Assembly: GCF_009914755.1 (NCBI RefSeq)
Contig: NC_060925.1
DNA: 64,000 bases
Source of the DNA: the human T2T-CHM13v2.0 reference genome, Homo sapiens
Direction: 5' to 3' (one strand)
Part shown: one piece after another, positions 41,758 through 56,291 of the stretch
Layout: each line of letters starts with the position of its first letter
How positions within the stretch are numbered: the first letter of the stretch is position 1
The notes under the pieces: generated by a model
The model's database searches: none
What the model was told of the DNA's origin: nothing
Seen by the model: only the letters and a program-made list of their open reading frames with translations
Made by a program: the position numbers and the translations under genes

Positions 41758-42049
41758 CAGTAGTCCCCAACTTTTTTGGCACCAGGGACCACTTTTGTGG
41801 AAGGCAATTTTTCCACAGGGTGGGGGAGACACCGTTCCATCTCAGATCTTCAGGTATTAGATTCTCATAAGGAGCGTGCAACCTAGATCCCTCGCATGTG
41901 CAGTGCACAATAGGGTTCATGCTCCTATGAGACTCTGACGCAGTTGATCTGACAGGAGGTGGAGCTCAGGTGGTAATGCTTGCTCGCCTGCTGCTCCTGA
42001 GAGGCAACTGACTGGTACCAGTCCACTGCCCCAGGCTTGGGGATCCTTG
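41758..42049 (-). mobile_element. MER1B hAT-Charlie DNA transposon
   Basis: TIRs cagtagtccccaac / gcttggggatccttg; perfect 8-bp TSD CTTTTATC at 41750-41757 and 42050-42057. Confidence 0.88.
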
Positions 42050-42596
42050 CTTTTATCTACTAACGTGGATGCTGTGAAAACACATGAAGTCATTTCTGTA
42101 CAATATTTAATATCCTTTATTTTTTTGCATGGATCTCCAATCCTACATTGGTTCCATCCTAGTCCTCTTTGGCAGCATTAATGTTGAAGTTACCGATTAT
42201 CTCCCTGCTGCCCTACTCTCCTCTATACATGGCTGTCAGAATTGGTATTCAAGAACATCTGCAAACCCTCTGAATACCTTCTTTCTTCCTTCTAGTCTGC
42301 CCTGCCCTCAAATCCTATGTGATAACTAAATAATTCCTATTCTGTATCCTTTCCATGCCTTTGCTCACACCATCTCCTATGCTACCCCATCATCTTTGTA
42401 CAACACTCAACACCTGTTAAGGCTGGGCTCAGATTCCATTTCCACAAAACCCTTCCAGAACCTTCTAGTTAGCAGAAGTTATCCTCTCTCTGTGCCTCCA
42501 TGGTATTCTGTGTCTTTGTTATTGTGTTTTTCATAGTCTGCATACCCACTACATTTTAACCACATGAAAAGTATTGACTTTAGCTTATTTGTAGGT

Positions 42597-43007
42597 TGTC
42601 TTAGTCCGTTCTCTGTTGCTATAATGGAATACCTGAAAGTGGGTAATTTATAAAGAAAAGTAATTTATTTCTTACGATTCTGGACTGGGAAATCCAAAAA
42701 CCCGGCACCGGCATCTGGTTGGCTTCTGACGAGTGCCTCGTGCTGCATCATGACATGGTGGAAAAGCAGGCACGTGTGAAAGAGGTGAAACACGAGGGGC
42801 AGCCTCTCTGCATAACAACCCATTCTGGCGGTGACTAATCCAGTCCTGAGAGAATAAGAACCCACTCTAGCAAGAAGTAACCCAGACCGGAGAGAGCAGC
42901 ATTAATCCCTCTTAATCACCTCTTAAAGGCCCCATCTCCCCAGATCACCATACCAGGGACCACATTTCCAACACAGATATTCTGAGGGACACACTCAAAT
43001 TATAGCA
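42597..43007 (-). mobile_element. MST-type MaLR solo LTR
   Basis: tgtcttagtccgttctctgttgctataa...gggtaatttataaagaaaag...aattatagca. Confidence 0.82.
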
Positions 43008-43781
43008 TAAGGATATTCTGAAACACCTAGCACTGTGCCTCTCCTGCTGTAGATGCTCAGTAAATGTTGAATATACTTGTTTTTGTATTCCTTCAGTTTC
43101 CTTATCTAAAAAGTGGGAATAATATAGTCCTTTTATCTACTTACATAGATGCTATGAAAACACATGAGGTCACTTCTGTACAATATTTAATATTATCCTT
43201 TCTTTGGACAGATCTGCAATCCAACATTGGTTTCATCCTGGATCCTCTTTGGCAGCCTTGGTAATGAAGTTAGCTAAATCAATACATGTGAGTTGGTCTT
43301 GGCTCTTGCATAGAGAACATTACAAACTAAAGGTCAACACCAATCATATGGTATTTGAAAACTAAGAACAAATAAAATAGAAAAACAGTGACATTCAGTT
43401 ATATGGAAATATAGTCAAGTCAATAATTTGAAGTGGATTATTAACAATAACACAGTTTTCTTTACCTTCCTGATGTTCCAACCCTTTATAAGAAGTCAAA
43501 ATTGACTATGAACTATCATTAAGAACATACTAAAGAAGAAGTACTGGCTTTTAATGTTTAACATTTTCTAGCATATTTGTTTGTTTTCAAGTTAACGCTG
43601 CATATTTAAAGATTATAATGGGAAGCCAGAACATAATTCTTTTTCGAACTGCTAAATAATAAGTATCTTTTTTTCCCTTGTTGAAACTCAATTTCTAGCC
43701 AATGATTGAGTCTATTTTTCACTGATCTCAGCAACCTTAAGTAGAAAATCTAGTGTGACCTAAAAGCTCTAAAACTTATCA

Positions 43782-44180
<399 letters not shown>

Positions 44181-45753
44181 GTATTTAACCCCGTAATGAA
44201 AATAATGGAAATTCTCAGCTAATTGGCACTTTATGAACACTAGGAAAAATTCACTTACGTTATTTTAAAACCTATACACTTAGTGATAAAAAGGATGTAC
44301 GAGTTAATTGAGAGAGTCTAGTGTTGTACAGAGGGAAAAAGACTGGTGGAAAGCACATCAGAAGAATAAGGATAGAACTTTTAAAGATATAAAGATTTTT
44401 TATGTATAAAACCCATTAAAAATGGTAAGAAATAACAGCCATTTCTAAAATGCCCTTTAACCAGTTAACAATCTGTTTGCACAGCCTTGTAGCTTATGTA
44501 AATATGCATGCTCACTTTCCTGCTTGGATGTGTCAGAAGTTAGGGAGGGATAGGAGCCCTGGGTAGAACCATATGGATTCAAAAACACAGGGAGGGGCTC
44601 CATTTTAATATTATGGCTCAGAAATAGTCCTAGGAAGCTGGGACCAGCTGTGCAAAACTGGTCATAGAACAGCAGTTGCCCCTAAATGATTTGAATTCTT
44701 TAGTACTACAGTTCTAATTACTCCTGAAACTAGTATGGAATTTGGGAGTGGTGATTTTGTCATTCTTCAAATTGCTTTTCCTATTCTTTGATAGCATGCA
44801 GAATTGACAACAGTTTTCTTCTAGAGAACCCAATCTTGCAAACATTAAATAAAGACAGTAATTATTCTGCATTCACAATTAGTGACTTTGAGGCCTTAGA
44901 AAGAGCACCTCATGACAAAGATACTCGTTGAATGTCGTCAACTGACTTCCTGCGTGGCTGTCGGACTGATTTTTTCAAATTCTAAGAAAGAGAATGAGAG
45001 ATTCAGATGATTCACCTCCCCAAAAGATGTCCCCAGGGCTTTTTCCACCTCTCCATCTTGATTTGAGATCTTCAAAATCACTTCACCTTCAGATTATTAT
45101 CCCATTTCTCTCACTGGCACTAGCTCCAACTCTCTCAGGCAAGAAAGTTTGCTCATGTGTCATGATTATTTGGTTGGGTCACTTATTTAGTGGCCATTTT
45201 CCATTTACTTCAAGTATCAGAAGCAAAACCAAGTCACATGGCTCTTCGAGGGAGTACATTTTGTGTTTGTTCCCTCTCTTAAATCCCCATTTCACCATCA
45301 GCATAGTTCCCACTTATTGGTACAGTGTGGCCACAGGATTTAGGTGAGCACCATTCAACAACAGTTGCACAGGTACCATTCAGGCCAAGAACAATGGCTC
45401 TGAGACAGCTCTGCTGATTATTGGCTGGGCTTCCTTAAGCAAATGACTAAATCTCTGTGCTTTTGTTTCCTCATTTGTAAAATGAGAATAAGAATAATAC
45501 CTACCTCACAGCATTTTTAGAAAGATTAAATGGTTTAATTGTTATGCCTTCCTTTTAGGGATGTTGTGAAGATAATGAGATGGTGTGTGTAAAATATTTA
45601 GTACAGTTTGAAGGAACTCAATAAATAGTAGGTATCCATATCATGATTATGAGGTAAAGAGAAAACATCGCCATTGTTGAGAGTAGGATTCAAGGGTGAG
45701 TGCAGCTGCTCCAACAGCACCCATGGCTCTGGTTTTATTTTCAGCCCTGAATC

Positions 45754-45922
<169 letters not shown>

Positions 45923-48453
45923 TGAATCTTGTCTACTTCCTTTGCTTGCTTACTTCGTGCTGCCATTGCAGGCTCCCCATCCAAAAATGTAGCCCTCTTT
46001 AGGCCAGCAACTCCAGAGACTGTTGAATTCAGGCACAGTTTGTATGAGCTATAGCGCCTCATCCCTGTATTAGAGTAAATACGCACAAAAACACAAGGTA
46101 CTTTTCTGTCCTCTTAAAATTAATAATGGCTTCATTTGTAAGACATTTGAAGTTATAAACGTTCTGGAATAAAGTTGTCAGAAAATCTTTGCAGCTTTTT
46201 TGTTTGTGTGACTTTCTTCAGTTTTACTTTGTTTTTGTAAAAGCTCATCTTACCTCCAACCTCCAAGGGATTTAGAAAGATAGTTTTACTGGTTATCTAA
46301 TTATGAAATTAAGGATCAAAGTGAAAGGTGCCCAGTTGATCTTGTCAAAAAGCATTAGGTAGAGTAATCCCCAACATTAGGACACTTAAGAATTAAAAAT
46401 AAGTTATTTCTGTAATGATCCTATCATTTCTCATTATCCAAATCCGACATTCTTCCTAGAATTGTTATCCAAACCCTGTGTTCTTCCTAGGAGCTCCCTT
46501 TGCATACATATACATATATGTTTTGTATATGAGTATATATAAATATATACACATATACAATATACATATATTGCACATGTATGTATTTGTATACACATAC
46601 TTGTAGTACTGTCTTTTCACCCTTTCTTCCTGTTCTTGTAATCCTCAGAGTGGTCCAAATTTGTCAATCCCCAGCATTTCTTAACCTCAGAGGTAAATGC
46701 TGACAGTCCTTAAATATTTGAAATTAAATATTTCCTGGCCTCCAGCTTAAAGTTCTATGAAAACAGTGCTTATTTCTGTTTCTTCTCCAAATGTATTGAT
46801 AAGTTTGGAGTTTTTTTGGTTGGGATTGTTTTTTGCTTGATTTTTTACAGGTAGGGCTTTTAGGTAATAAGTGGGGGTAGTAAAGGTTTGTGATGGATGA
46901 GAAGTAGAATAAAGAGTTCTTGGTTTATTTGCAGATCAATCTCTTTGTGATACTTTAAAATCAGTATACAACCTTCAAATACATGATTATACTTAAAACT
47001 TTGAGAGAGTGGTGTTAGATACACGGCTTTCTTGAAGATCACCATATTTTTCTTGGCACTAGATGATGAGGCAAGTATAGTTTCATTGTGCACAAAATGT
47101 ACTATTTTTCATCCATTGCTAGAGATTAATAGACATTATTATTTACAGAAGTAGCTCTTAAGCAAATATAATCTTCAGAGCCTTCCTAGCCCTTTTTGGG
47201 AGACTTGCACCCAATTTTAGCGCAATCTCTGGGTTCCCAAGGCCCCCACTCTAATGTTTAATGTTTTCTCCTGGTTTTTCTCTGCATCACTTCACATCAC
47301 TTCCTCTTCCTTCCTACTCCAATTCATTCTGCATGCATATGCGTGTGCGTGCACACACACACATAAACACACACACATTTGCTTTGTGCCTATTCCTGAA
47401 CATTGAACTTTGAATCAGCTGACTTGGGTTCTACATTTAGATCTGCTAGTTACCATTTTATGGAAGTCTGTTTCTCTAAGATTCAGGTTTGGTTTTGTTT
47501 TTCTCAGTTCATATGGCCAAGAGAAGTGAGCAGAGGTTCCAGATGTAGAATCAGATTAGTGGTTTAAAAGAGTAAAATAACTATTACAGTTTAATCATGC
47601 AAAACTACTGGCTTGTTTTTAGTAGATAGACAGACGTAGTAGTCAAATTATAGGAGTTGGGGTGAAAATTATTTCCCAACAATTTCATAACAATTAAACC
47701 AAGTTAAAAATTAAATCAAGTATCAGGCTGATTTCTGTCACACATACAGACATTTATTAAACAAATATGTGTTAGCAAACAGAAACAAGGTGATACACCT
47801 GTTCTGTGAGTTTGATGAGGTCCCAGTTCTCTGTCTTTTTAGGTTCTGCAATCATGACCTTGCATGAAAGATTCACTGGAAGCAGATGAATAATATTCCA
47901 GAGCTAGAATTCCATCACCCTTACAATAAGCATCTGGCAACCGGAAGCCCTTCAACTCACACACCATCCCTAATCATCTGGCTTTTTGTAACTTGTTCAT
48001 GCAAGAATGAGAGTGTCTCTAAAATATTTTAGCCAGTCCTTGTATCTTGGAAATCACTAATTATATGAGAGTCTGTTTGTCATATCTGTTGTGATGACTG
48101 ACAAACCACTAATTTTGACAATGAAAATTCACTTTTGACATATGTTATAGAATGATTTTTGCTATTAAAGAGATAAGAGTGACAGATGTAGTACCCACCT
48201 CTATAGGGGTCTGCCTGATGAGACCACTACCTGCCATCTTAGAATATGAATTTATGATTAGTGCAACTGACTGCACCTTGATTGTAATTTAACCTAAGCC
48301 ATACAAGATATACTGTCTATATGGAATAATTTTGGGGTATATTGGCAGACATCATACTGATAATAATATCTACAAAGAACATATGAGGCACTTTCTCCCC
48401 TCCTCCATGTGAGAATTATATCCTTGTTTTACAGATGTAGAAAATAAAGGTCA

Positions 48454-48615
48454 GGCCAGGCACAATGGCTTACTTCTATAATCTAGCACGTTGAGAGGTC
48501 GAGGCAGGAGGATTGCTTGAGCCCAGGAGTTCAAAGTTGCAGTAAACTATGATCATACCACTGCACTTCAGCCTGGGTGACAGAGCGAGACCCTATCTCA
48601 AAAAAAAAAAAAAAA
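48454..48615 (+). mobile_element. Alu monomer (FRAM/FAM-like) inside a MIR
   Basis: About 145-nt monomer plus poly-A. Confidence 0.82.
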
Positions 48616-48771
48616 GTAAGTAAATGAAGTTCACAGAGAGGTTATGTCACAAGTCAAAAGCAGGGAAATGGTAGTAAAATTTGGATATAAGTCCAGACTA
48701 TTTCTACCATACTAAGATGACCATAAATTCTGGTTTGCTTGTGACCAGATTTAAATCATTTTCATGGTATC

Positions 48772-49136
48772 TGTATTAGTCCATTTTCACACTGCTGATA
48801 AAGACATACCCAACACTGGGAAGAAAAAGAGGTTTAATGGACTTACAGTTCCACATGGCTGGGGAGGCCTCACAGTAATGGCAGAAGGAAAGGAGGAGCA
48901 AGTCACATCTTACATGGATGGTGACAGGCAAAGAGAGAAAGAGAGCTTGTGCAGGAGAACTCCTCTCTTTAAAACTATCAGGTCTCGTGAGACTTATTCA
49001 CTATTGCAAGAACAGTATGAGAAAGACTCACCCCCATGATTCAAGTACCTCCCACTGGGTCCCTCCCACGACATGGGAGTTGCGAGAGTTACAATTCAAG
49101 ATGAAATTTGGGTGGGGACACAGCCAAATCATATCA
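48772..49136 (-). mobile_element. THE1B-type MaLR solo LTR
   Basis: tgtattagtccattttcacactgctgataaagacatacc...gggacacagccaaatcatatca; 5-bp TSD gtatc/ttatc. Confidence 0.9.
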
Positions 49137-50126
49137 TTATCCTGATTAGTGCCCCCTTTCATTTTCAAAACTGTCCCAATATAAACAATAAATAATATGA
49201 TCACCCAAATTATACTACATTGCCTCCAAAATCCAAGGACCTTCATCCCCCAACTATGTCAGACTCTATCAGACATATGAACAAGACACAGTAGTGTTCC
49301 TGTCCTGGCCTCTTCTTGCTCCATCACACCATTTTGAATATAAGGGAGAAAAAAAAACACACAGTATAATTAGGTGGCACAATCTAGGCAAAGCAAGTCC
49401 TGATTACAGGAAATACAAGTCTACTCTATTATAAAGGAAGGTATAATGATGAATCACCAAAAAATTGGACAGACTATCCTAAAACTTAATGAAGATTATA
49501 GGAGGAAAATTAAGAGCAATATTGAAATTAAGCTATGTTTTCAACCAACCATGTTTGCCCAAGAACATTCATATTGACTAAATTTGGTGTCTGTTTACAT
49601 TTATACTTACCCTAGAACACTAGAGGGGAAAATAGTTTTGCACCCAAATTTTACCATGTTTAGGTATAATATAAAAGTCACACTTGTGTTATAGAATTAG
49701 ATTTATTAGTCAATTGTGGGAACTAGCTGAAAAGCACTTCTCTTGTTTGCACTGAAAGTTTACTCAAAGAGCATTCCTTTTCCAGGCAAATCCAAAATCC
49801 CTTATCACTGCCATGACCTTTTCCTGAAATTATAAAGACAGCTGTCCATGGCTATGTATGGGTTGGGAAATACTGGCCTTTTCTCAGCTGAGGGTTCACC
49901 ATGGCAGAGACATGCTGCCCTGTGACCCAGCCATGAGCAGAACTTCAGAACCAAGAAGTGCTATTGTGTAGGCAAAAGCAGCCTTCTGTCTGCATCAGCC
50001 CATGACTGGTTATCTATACTGTATTTATGCCAGTCAGAGACTACTGCTCCATTGTTTTCCATGCCGCCCCTCTCTGACGGTTACTATTCTTTGAAGCTTC
50101 TGCAGAAGGTTAAGCTGCAGCCACTA

Positions 50127-50578
<452 letters not shown>

Positions 50579-50782
50579 TTCAGCGTGTAGATTAGTAGCA
50601 TGTTAGAAGACATACCACTATTTATAATAAAATATATTTAACACTTACCCACATTTTGATAATACCCACAGGGCATCTGTGGTGTCATGGACAAGGAGGG
50701 GGTCATGGGAATGTTTTGAGCTGGGAAGATAGGATAGTTGTCTTTATTGCATTTTCAAAAGAAGAAAGTTTCATTCTTTCCT

Positions 50783-51077
50783 TTTTTTTTTTTTTTTTTT
50801 TGAGACGTAGTTTCACTCTGTTGCCCAGGCTGGAATGCAGTGGTGCAATCTCAGCTCACTGCATCCTGCAGGTTCAAGCAATTCTCCTGCCTCAGCCTCC
50901 CGAGTAGCTGGTATTACAGGCCCCCACCACCATGCCTGGCTAATTTTTGTATTGTTAGTTGAGACAGGGTTTTGCCATGTTGGCCAGGCTGGTCTTGAAC
51001 TCCTAACCTCAGGTGATCCACCCGCCTTGGACTCCCAAAGTGCTGGGATTACAGGCGTGAGCCTCCGTGCCCAGCCC
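50783..51077 (-). mobile_element. AluS
   Basis: Full-length. Confidence 0.93.
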
Positions 51078-51678
51078 ATTATTTCTTAATCTAATAAATG
51101 AGTATCACCTGCCCATCACCTTCTTCTTATTAAGGTGTTAAGAAAATGGCAGCTAGTGTCTAATTAGTCCTAACAGCATTCTGGGTGCTTTATGTGTATA
51201 CTCTTTATTTTCATTTTCTAACAATTCTCTGGGGTAAATTCTAGAATGATTTGCATTTCCCAGATGAAGAAGGTGAGGCAGCAAGAGGCCCTTAGGCTCT
51301 CAGTCATTAAGTCGTACAGCCAAGTTTAAAACTCCTGCAGTCCGGCCACAGACACAGCATTCGACCAGCCAATGCCCTGCCTCACAAATAACTTTCTAAG
51401 ATGGATTAGCATGCTCCCTACCACCTTGTTGCCTAAACAAAATCTGTAATGTATTTAAATATTCAGTGTGCCACACTTGCATTGGAAAACATTACAAACT
51501 TTATACCCCCTGTAACAACATTTGACCTTACAGGACATTTACATTACCTTCAAATGAGTTTAAAATTTTTTTAATTAATATTATTTTTTCTTTTAATTTT
51601 TCAATTTTATTTCTTCTATTTTTTTCTTTTTCTGTATCTCAGTGGATGCAAAGAGTTTTTTTAATATTAAGAAAGATC

Positions 51679-51980
51679 AGCTGAGTGCAGTGGCTCATGC
51701 CTGTAATCCCAACACTTTGGGAGGCTGAGGCAGGCAGATCACTAGAGGTCAGGAGTTCGAAACCAGCCTGGCCAATGTGGCAAAACCTGTCTCTCCTAAA
51801 TGTACAAAAATTAGCTGGGCCTGGTGGCAGGTGCCTGTAGTCACAGGTACTTGGGGGGCTGAGGCAGGAGTAATTGTTTGAACCTAGGAGGCAGAAGTTG
51901 CAGTGAGCTGACATGGCGCCACTGCACTCTAGCCTGGGCAACAGAGTGAGACTCCATCTCAAAAAAAAAAAAAAAGAAAA
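51679..51980 (+). mobile_element. AluS
   Basis: Full-length. Confidence 0.93.
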
Positions 51981-52435
51981 CAAATATTCATTAACTCAAT
52001 AATGAATAACTTACTGTTCACCTCTCAGATACAAGGCACAAAATTGAGTATGTACAGTCTGTGGGAAAAACAAAAAAACAAAAAAACACCTCTCTGATAG
52101 GAGAGACGGGATATCTATAAGTCATCATAAAATGAATCAGAAAATAAGTGTCAGCAGAGAAATGTAAATTCAGAGCTAAGGGAGTTCAGGGAGGCAAAGC
52201 TGCCAAATTTAGTGACCTAAAACCCTCAAGAGTGTCGCACCTTTTTGAGTGTCCATTGTAATCGCTACTGTGTATAAACCAGGATGCAATCTCTGAAGAT
52301 ACCATAGCAAGGAGCAAGATGCTAGAGAAGCTATTAATAATTTAGCTTTCTTGGTCATGAGGTAAGATGAATTGAACTTTTTAAGTAATTTCTCCCACTT
52401 GAAATCCTCTTACTACTGCTTTCTGACAAACAGGC

Positions 52436-52735
52436 TTTTTTTTTTTTTTTTTTTGAGACGGAGTCTTGCTGTCACCCAGGCTGGAGTGCAGTGGCGTGAC
52501 CTCAGCTCACTGCAACCTCCACCTCTGGGTTCAAGTGATTCTCCTGGCTCAGCCTCCCAAGTAGCTGAGACTACAGGCCCCCACCACCATGCCCGCCTAA
52601 TTTTTGTATTTTTAGTAGAGACGGGTTTCACCATGTTGGCCAGGCTGGTCTTGAACTCCTGGCCTCAAGCGATCTGCCTGCCTTGGCTTCCCAAAGTGCT
52701 GGGATTAACAGGCATGAGCCACCCTCGCCCAGCCC
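52436..52735 (-). mobile_element. AluS
   Basis: Full-length. Confidence 0.93.
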
Positions 52736-52913
52736 GATGTCTCACACAACTGTGTGTACATTTGAAAATAAGCTCCCTTACATTGTTCTCAACAGATGTT
52801 CTCTATTGTCTTCATCACATTAGATCTGCCTTTACCTTCTTCCATTAATTTAGTAATTCAACAAACATTTGTGCAGAAGTAGAAGTCTGGGTTGCTGCCT
52901 TTATTTGTCTATA

Positions 52914-53256
52914 CAGGCGTCTCTAACCCCCGGCTGGTACTGGTACCCATCAGTGGCCTGTTAGGAACTGGGTCGCACAGCAGGAGGTGAGCAGAGGGTG
53001 AGCTAGCTATTACCGCCTGAGCTCCACCTCCTGTCAGATCAGCAGCAGAATTAGATTCTCAAAAGAGCAAAAATTCTATTGTGAAACTGCACATGTGAGG
53101 GATCTACGCTGCACACTCCTTATGAGATTCTAATGCCTGGTGATCTGAGTTGGAATAGTTTCATTCTGAAACCATCATACCCTTCCCCTGCCCCATCCGT
53201 GGAAAAAAAAATGCCTTCCGCAAAATCAAAAGGTGTCTAAATCTTGGAGATGGCTG
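52914..53256 (+). mobile_element. MER1B hAT-Charlie DNA transposon (second copy)
   Basis: gtggcctgttaggaactgggtcgcacagcaggaggtgagc...cctgagctccacctcctgtcagatcagc. Confidence 0.85.
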
Positions 53257-53269
53257 CTATAATTTGGCA

Positions 53270-53880
53270 ATTGGTTAAATGGTGGTGCCACTCACCGAAA
53301 TGGAAACCACAGGATAAGGGACTATTGGGAAGGGGGGATAGATAACTTTAGTTGGAACATGATGAGTTTGAGGTGCCTGTTTGACATTCTAGTGAAGGAA
53401 TAAAATAAGCAGTTCGATAAGTGGGTCTGGAGGTCATGAGAGAGATGTCGGCTTTTAAATATAAAAGATTTGAGAGCCATCAAGCACCATTGGTAGTAGT
53501 TAAAGTTATGGAAAAGTGATTCTTAACCTGAGGGGTAAGAACCCTTAGGAGGTCTACCAGTTGCTTCAGGATGTCCATGTAACCCTAAAATTAGATGGAA
53601 CATGCCCTCCCTCCAGAAGATTCCTGAATTTTATCACATTCTCCAGGAGGTTCATGTCTCCAGAAAAAAGGCTCAGAATAAGTGTGAAAAGACACGTTTC
53701 AGGGAGAAACACTGGGGATCTCTAACATTTAAGAAGTGGAAGAAGAGTGATAAACAAGACCACAAAGTTTGGAAGCAAAACAGGGAAAAGAGTCGCAGAA
53801 GTCAAAGGAGAGATATTTTCAAGGAGAAAGTAGCCAATAGTGTCCTATGCTACAGTGAGGTCAAACAAGATAAGGACAGA
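53270..53880 (-). mobile_element. L2 remnant
   Basis: acatgatgagtttgaggtgcctgtttgacattc...gatttgagagccatca. Confidence 0.65.
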
Positions 53881-54565
53881 GTTCTCTATCTTACTTGCAC
53901 ATTCCTCAGGGTAGGTTCTGTATGCAACAGGCACTCAGTTCATGTTTAATGGACTAAAAAAGTATGTCCTTTATATCATTTGAGAAGAGTGAAGTTAAAA
54001 GGTGAAATCAATAAAATGATATGCTCATGGCAGGTTTAATTAGGTTTGCCTTTACATTAATAAATGAAATACACATGAAATTAGACAGTTTCACTTTATT
54101 AGGTCATTTTATGAAGTTGTGTAAATTGGCGAACTGAACCTCTCAAATACTTACATCCAACTTTATTCACAGGTAATATAAGCAGCCACTTCCATGGAGT
54201 AATTGAAAATATATCTATTTCCTTATACTTTACTATCCCTCCTACTGCTATATTACAGTGCCTAAAAGACCAATCATCCTAGAAGAAGCGCTTGTCCCCT
54301 GGATTATGTTACCTCGGAGGTGGGCCACATTGGCTGGCTAATGTTTGCATAAATATTATTAACCCACTATGATCTTGGATTGTTAGCTCAAGAATAATAT
54401 AATGCCTTTTTATTTGTGATGCTTTTAAGTTTAAAAAGAAGATTTTATAAATACTTTATTATATTATTTAATACTCACAATGCCCCCCAAAGAAACAAGT
54501 AGTCAAAGGAGCCTTTTAAGGGAGAAAAAAAAGCACCTAAGTCTTTTAACGAGATGGTCTCTGAT

Positions 54566-54606
<41 letters not shown>

Positions 54607-54615
54607 GATAGATAG
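54566..54615. repeat. (TAGA)n tetranucleotide STR
   Basis: About 10 perfect units, then TGA and 2 more units. Confidence 0.95.
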
Positions 54616-54679
54616 CTGGAGAGATAGTTAATAAACAGAGGTTTTGAGGATAATAGTACAAATGATAATGATGATGATG

Positions 54680-55170
54680 CTCTTAGTTATGATACAAGCC
54701 AAGGTATGGGAAGAAAAAGACCCCCACAAACAATGGTTTATACAAGATAGAAGATATTTTTCTCCCAGACAGTATTCAGAAGCATGTGCATGATTCAGAC
54801 GTGAAAGGCAATTTTCCTTCACAGTAATCTAGGAACGCAAGTTGCTGTTCTATCCCCAATAGACATCTCCATGGTAGACATTGGTTCACCAGTATCACAT
54901 AAACCTTCCAGCCTGCCTGAAAGTGGAAAGAGAAAGAGGAAGGCAAGCAAGTTCCTTTAAGGAGGATGTGACCTGGAAATTGAACACCTCTTTGCTCCTA
55001 TCTTATTGGAAAGTACTGAATCAATTGGTCACATCTAGCGCAAGGAAGGTTGAGAGTTTTATTCTCTAAGTGGGTAGCTATTTGCCCAGCTTAAACTCAG
55101 GGATTCTATAACTAGAAAGGAGAAGCAGATAACAAATATTGGGAGACACTTGGCAGTCTGTGCCAAACCC
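54680..55170 (-). mobile_element. Old MaLR/ERVL LTR (MLT1J/K-like)
   Basis: aatattgggagacacttggcagtctgtgcca end; ggtcacatctagcgcaagggaagg-like segment. Confidence 0.5.
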
Positions 55171-55884
55171 TTGCTTTGGTGTATTATAGCCATCATTACA
55201 GTAATGGTGCAAATATGAAATTTTGATATGTGTATAGATTTCTACAAAGGGTGAACTGTGGAAAATCAGTCTCATTTTAATTTTGCTTATTATATATATA
55301 GTCTGTCTATTGAATCTCTTAATACTAAAGTATTAATAGTAAAGAAATAGTGGGATATCTTTGGAGCGGTATTTAAAAACCTCATTATTTTGACTGAGCC
55401 TTGGGGAAATTTTACAGTTGCAAAGGCAGCCCAGTTTATCTTTATGACTTTCCTTATCCTTTCTCCTCTGTAGAAGATGTGTAGAGATAATATGTTACTG
55501 GAAATGGTGCAAGGCAGCTTCCCTGGAGAGTACTTAAATCCTGTGGTGATGAGAGACACAGCTAGTAAACAATGAAAGCTATAATATCAGTAATTGCAGT
55601 AGCTCCTGGAATAAAAGAAGAATTAAATGTAACAGGATTAGCATAAAAGTACTAGAGGGCTGTTTTTCACAGTTCCACTTTTGGAGAGGTGGAACCTGTT
55701 AGAAGTTGATAAGAAAATTTAGTGGTTTGCAAAATTATGTAATTTACTTAATATTGGGTTTTGGTGAGAAAGCAGGGAAATTATGAGAGATGTTGCCCAA
55801 GGAAGTAAGAATGTAATAACAGTTAAACAGAAGTGTTTTTCCATCACTTCCATTCCTCCAGGATGCTAGGGAACCTGGATTTAA

Positions 55885-56265
<381 letters not shown>

Positions 56266-56291
56266 GTTATTAGTGATTTTATTAATGGTAT

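Larger units (their letters stand above)
41150..43075 (+). mobile_element. L2 remnant, interrupted by a duplicated segment, MER1B and an MST LTR
   Basis: L2-type segments (ccatgcctttgctcacac; 3' end cctagcactgtgcct...gctcagtaaatgttgaat). Confidence 0.6.

Noticed and set aside
46434-46491. Imperfect 31-bp-period direct repeat
   Set aside because: Two degenerate copies only; ordinary old slippage, not an array
53602-53949. 115-aa Lys/Arg-rich ORF
   Set aside because: Lies in purine-rich L2 remnant sequence; compositional artefact
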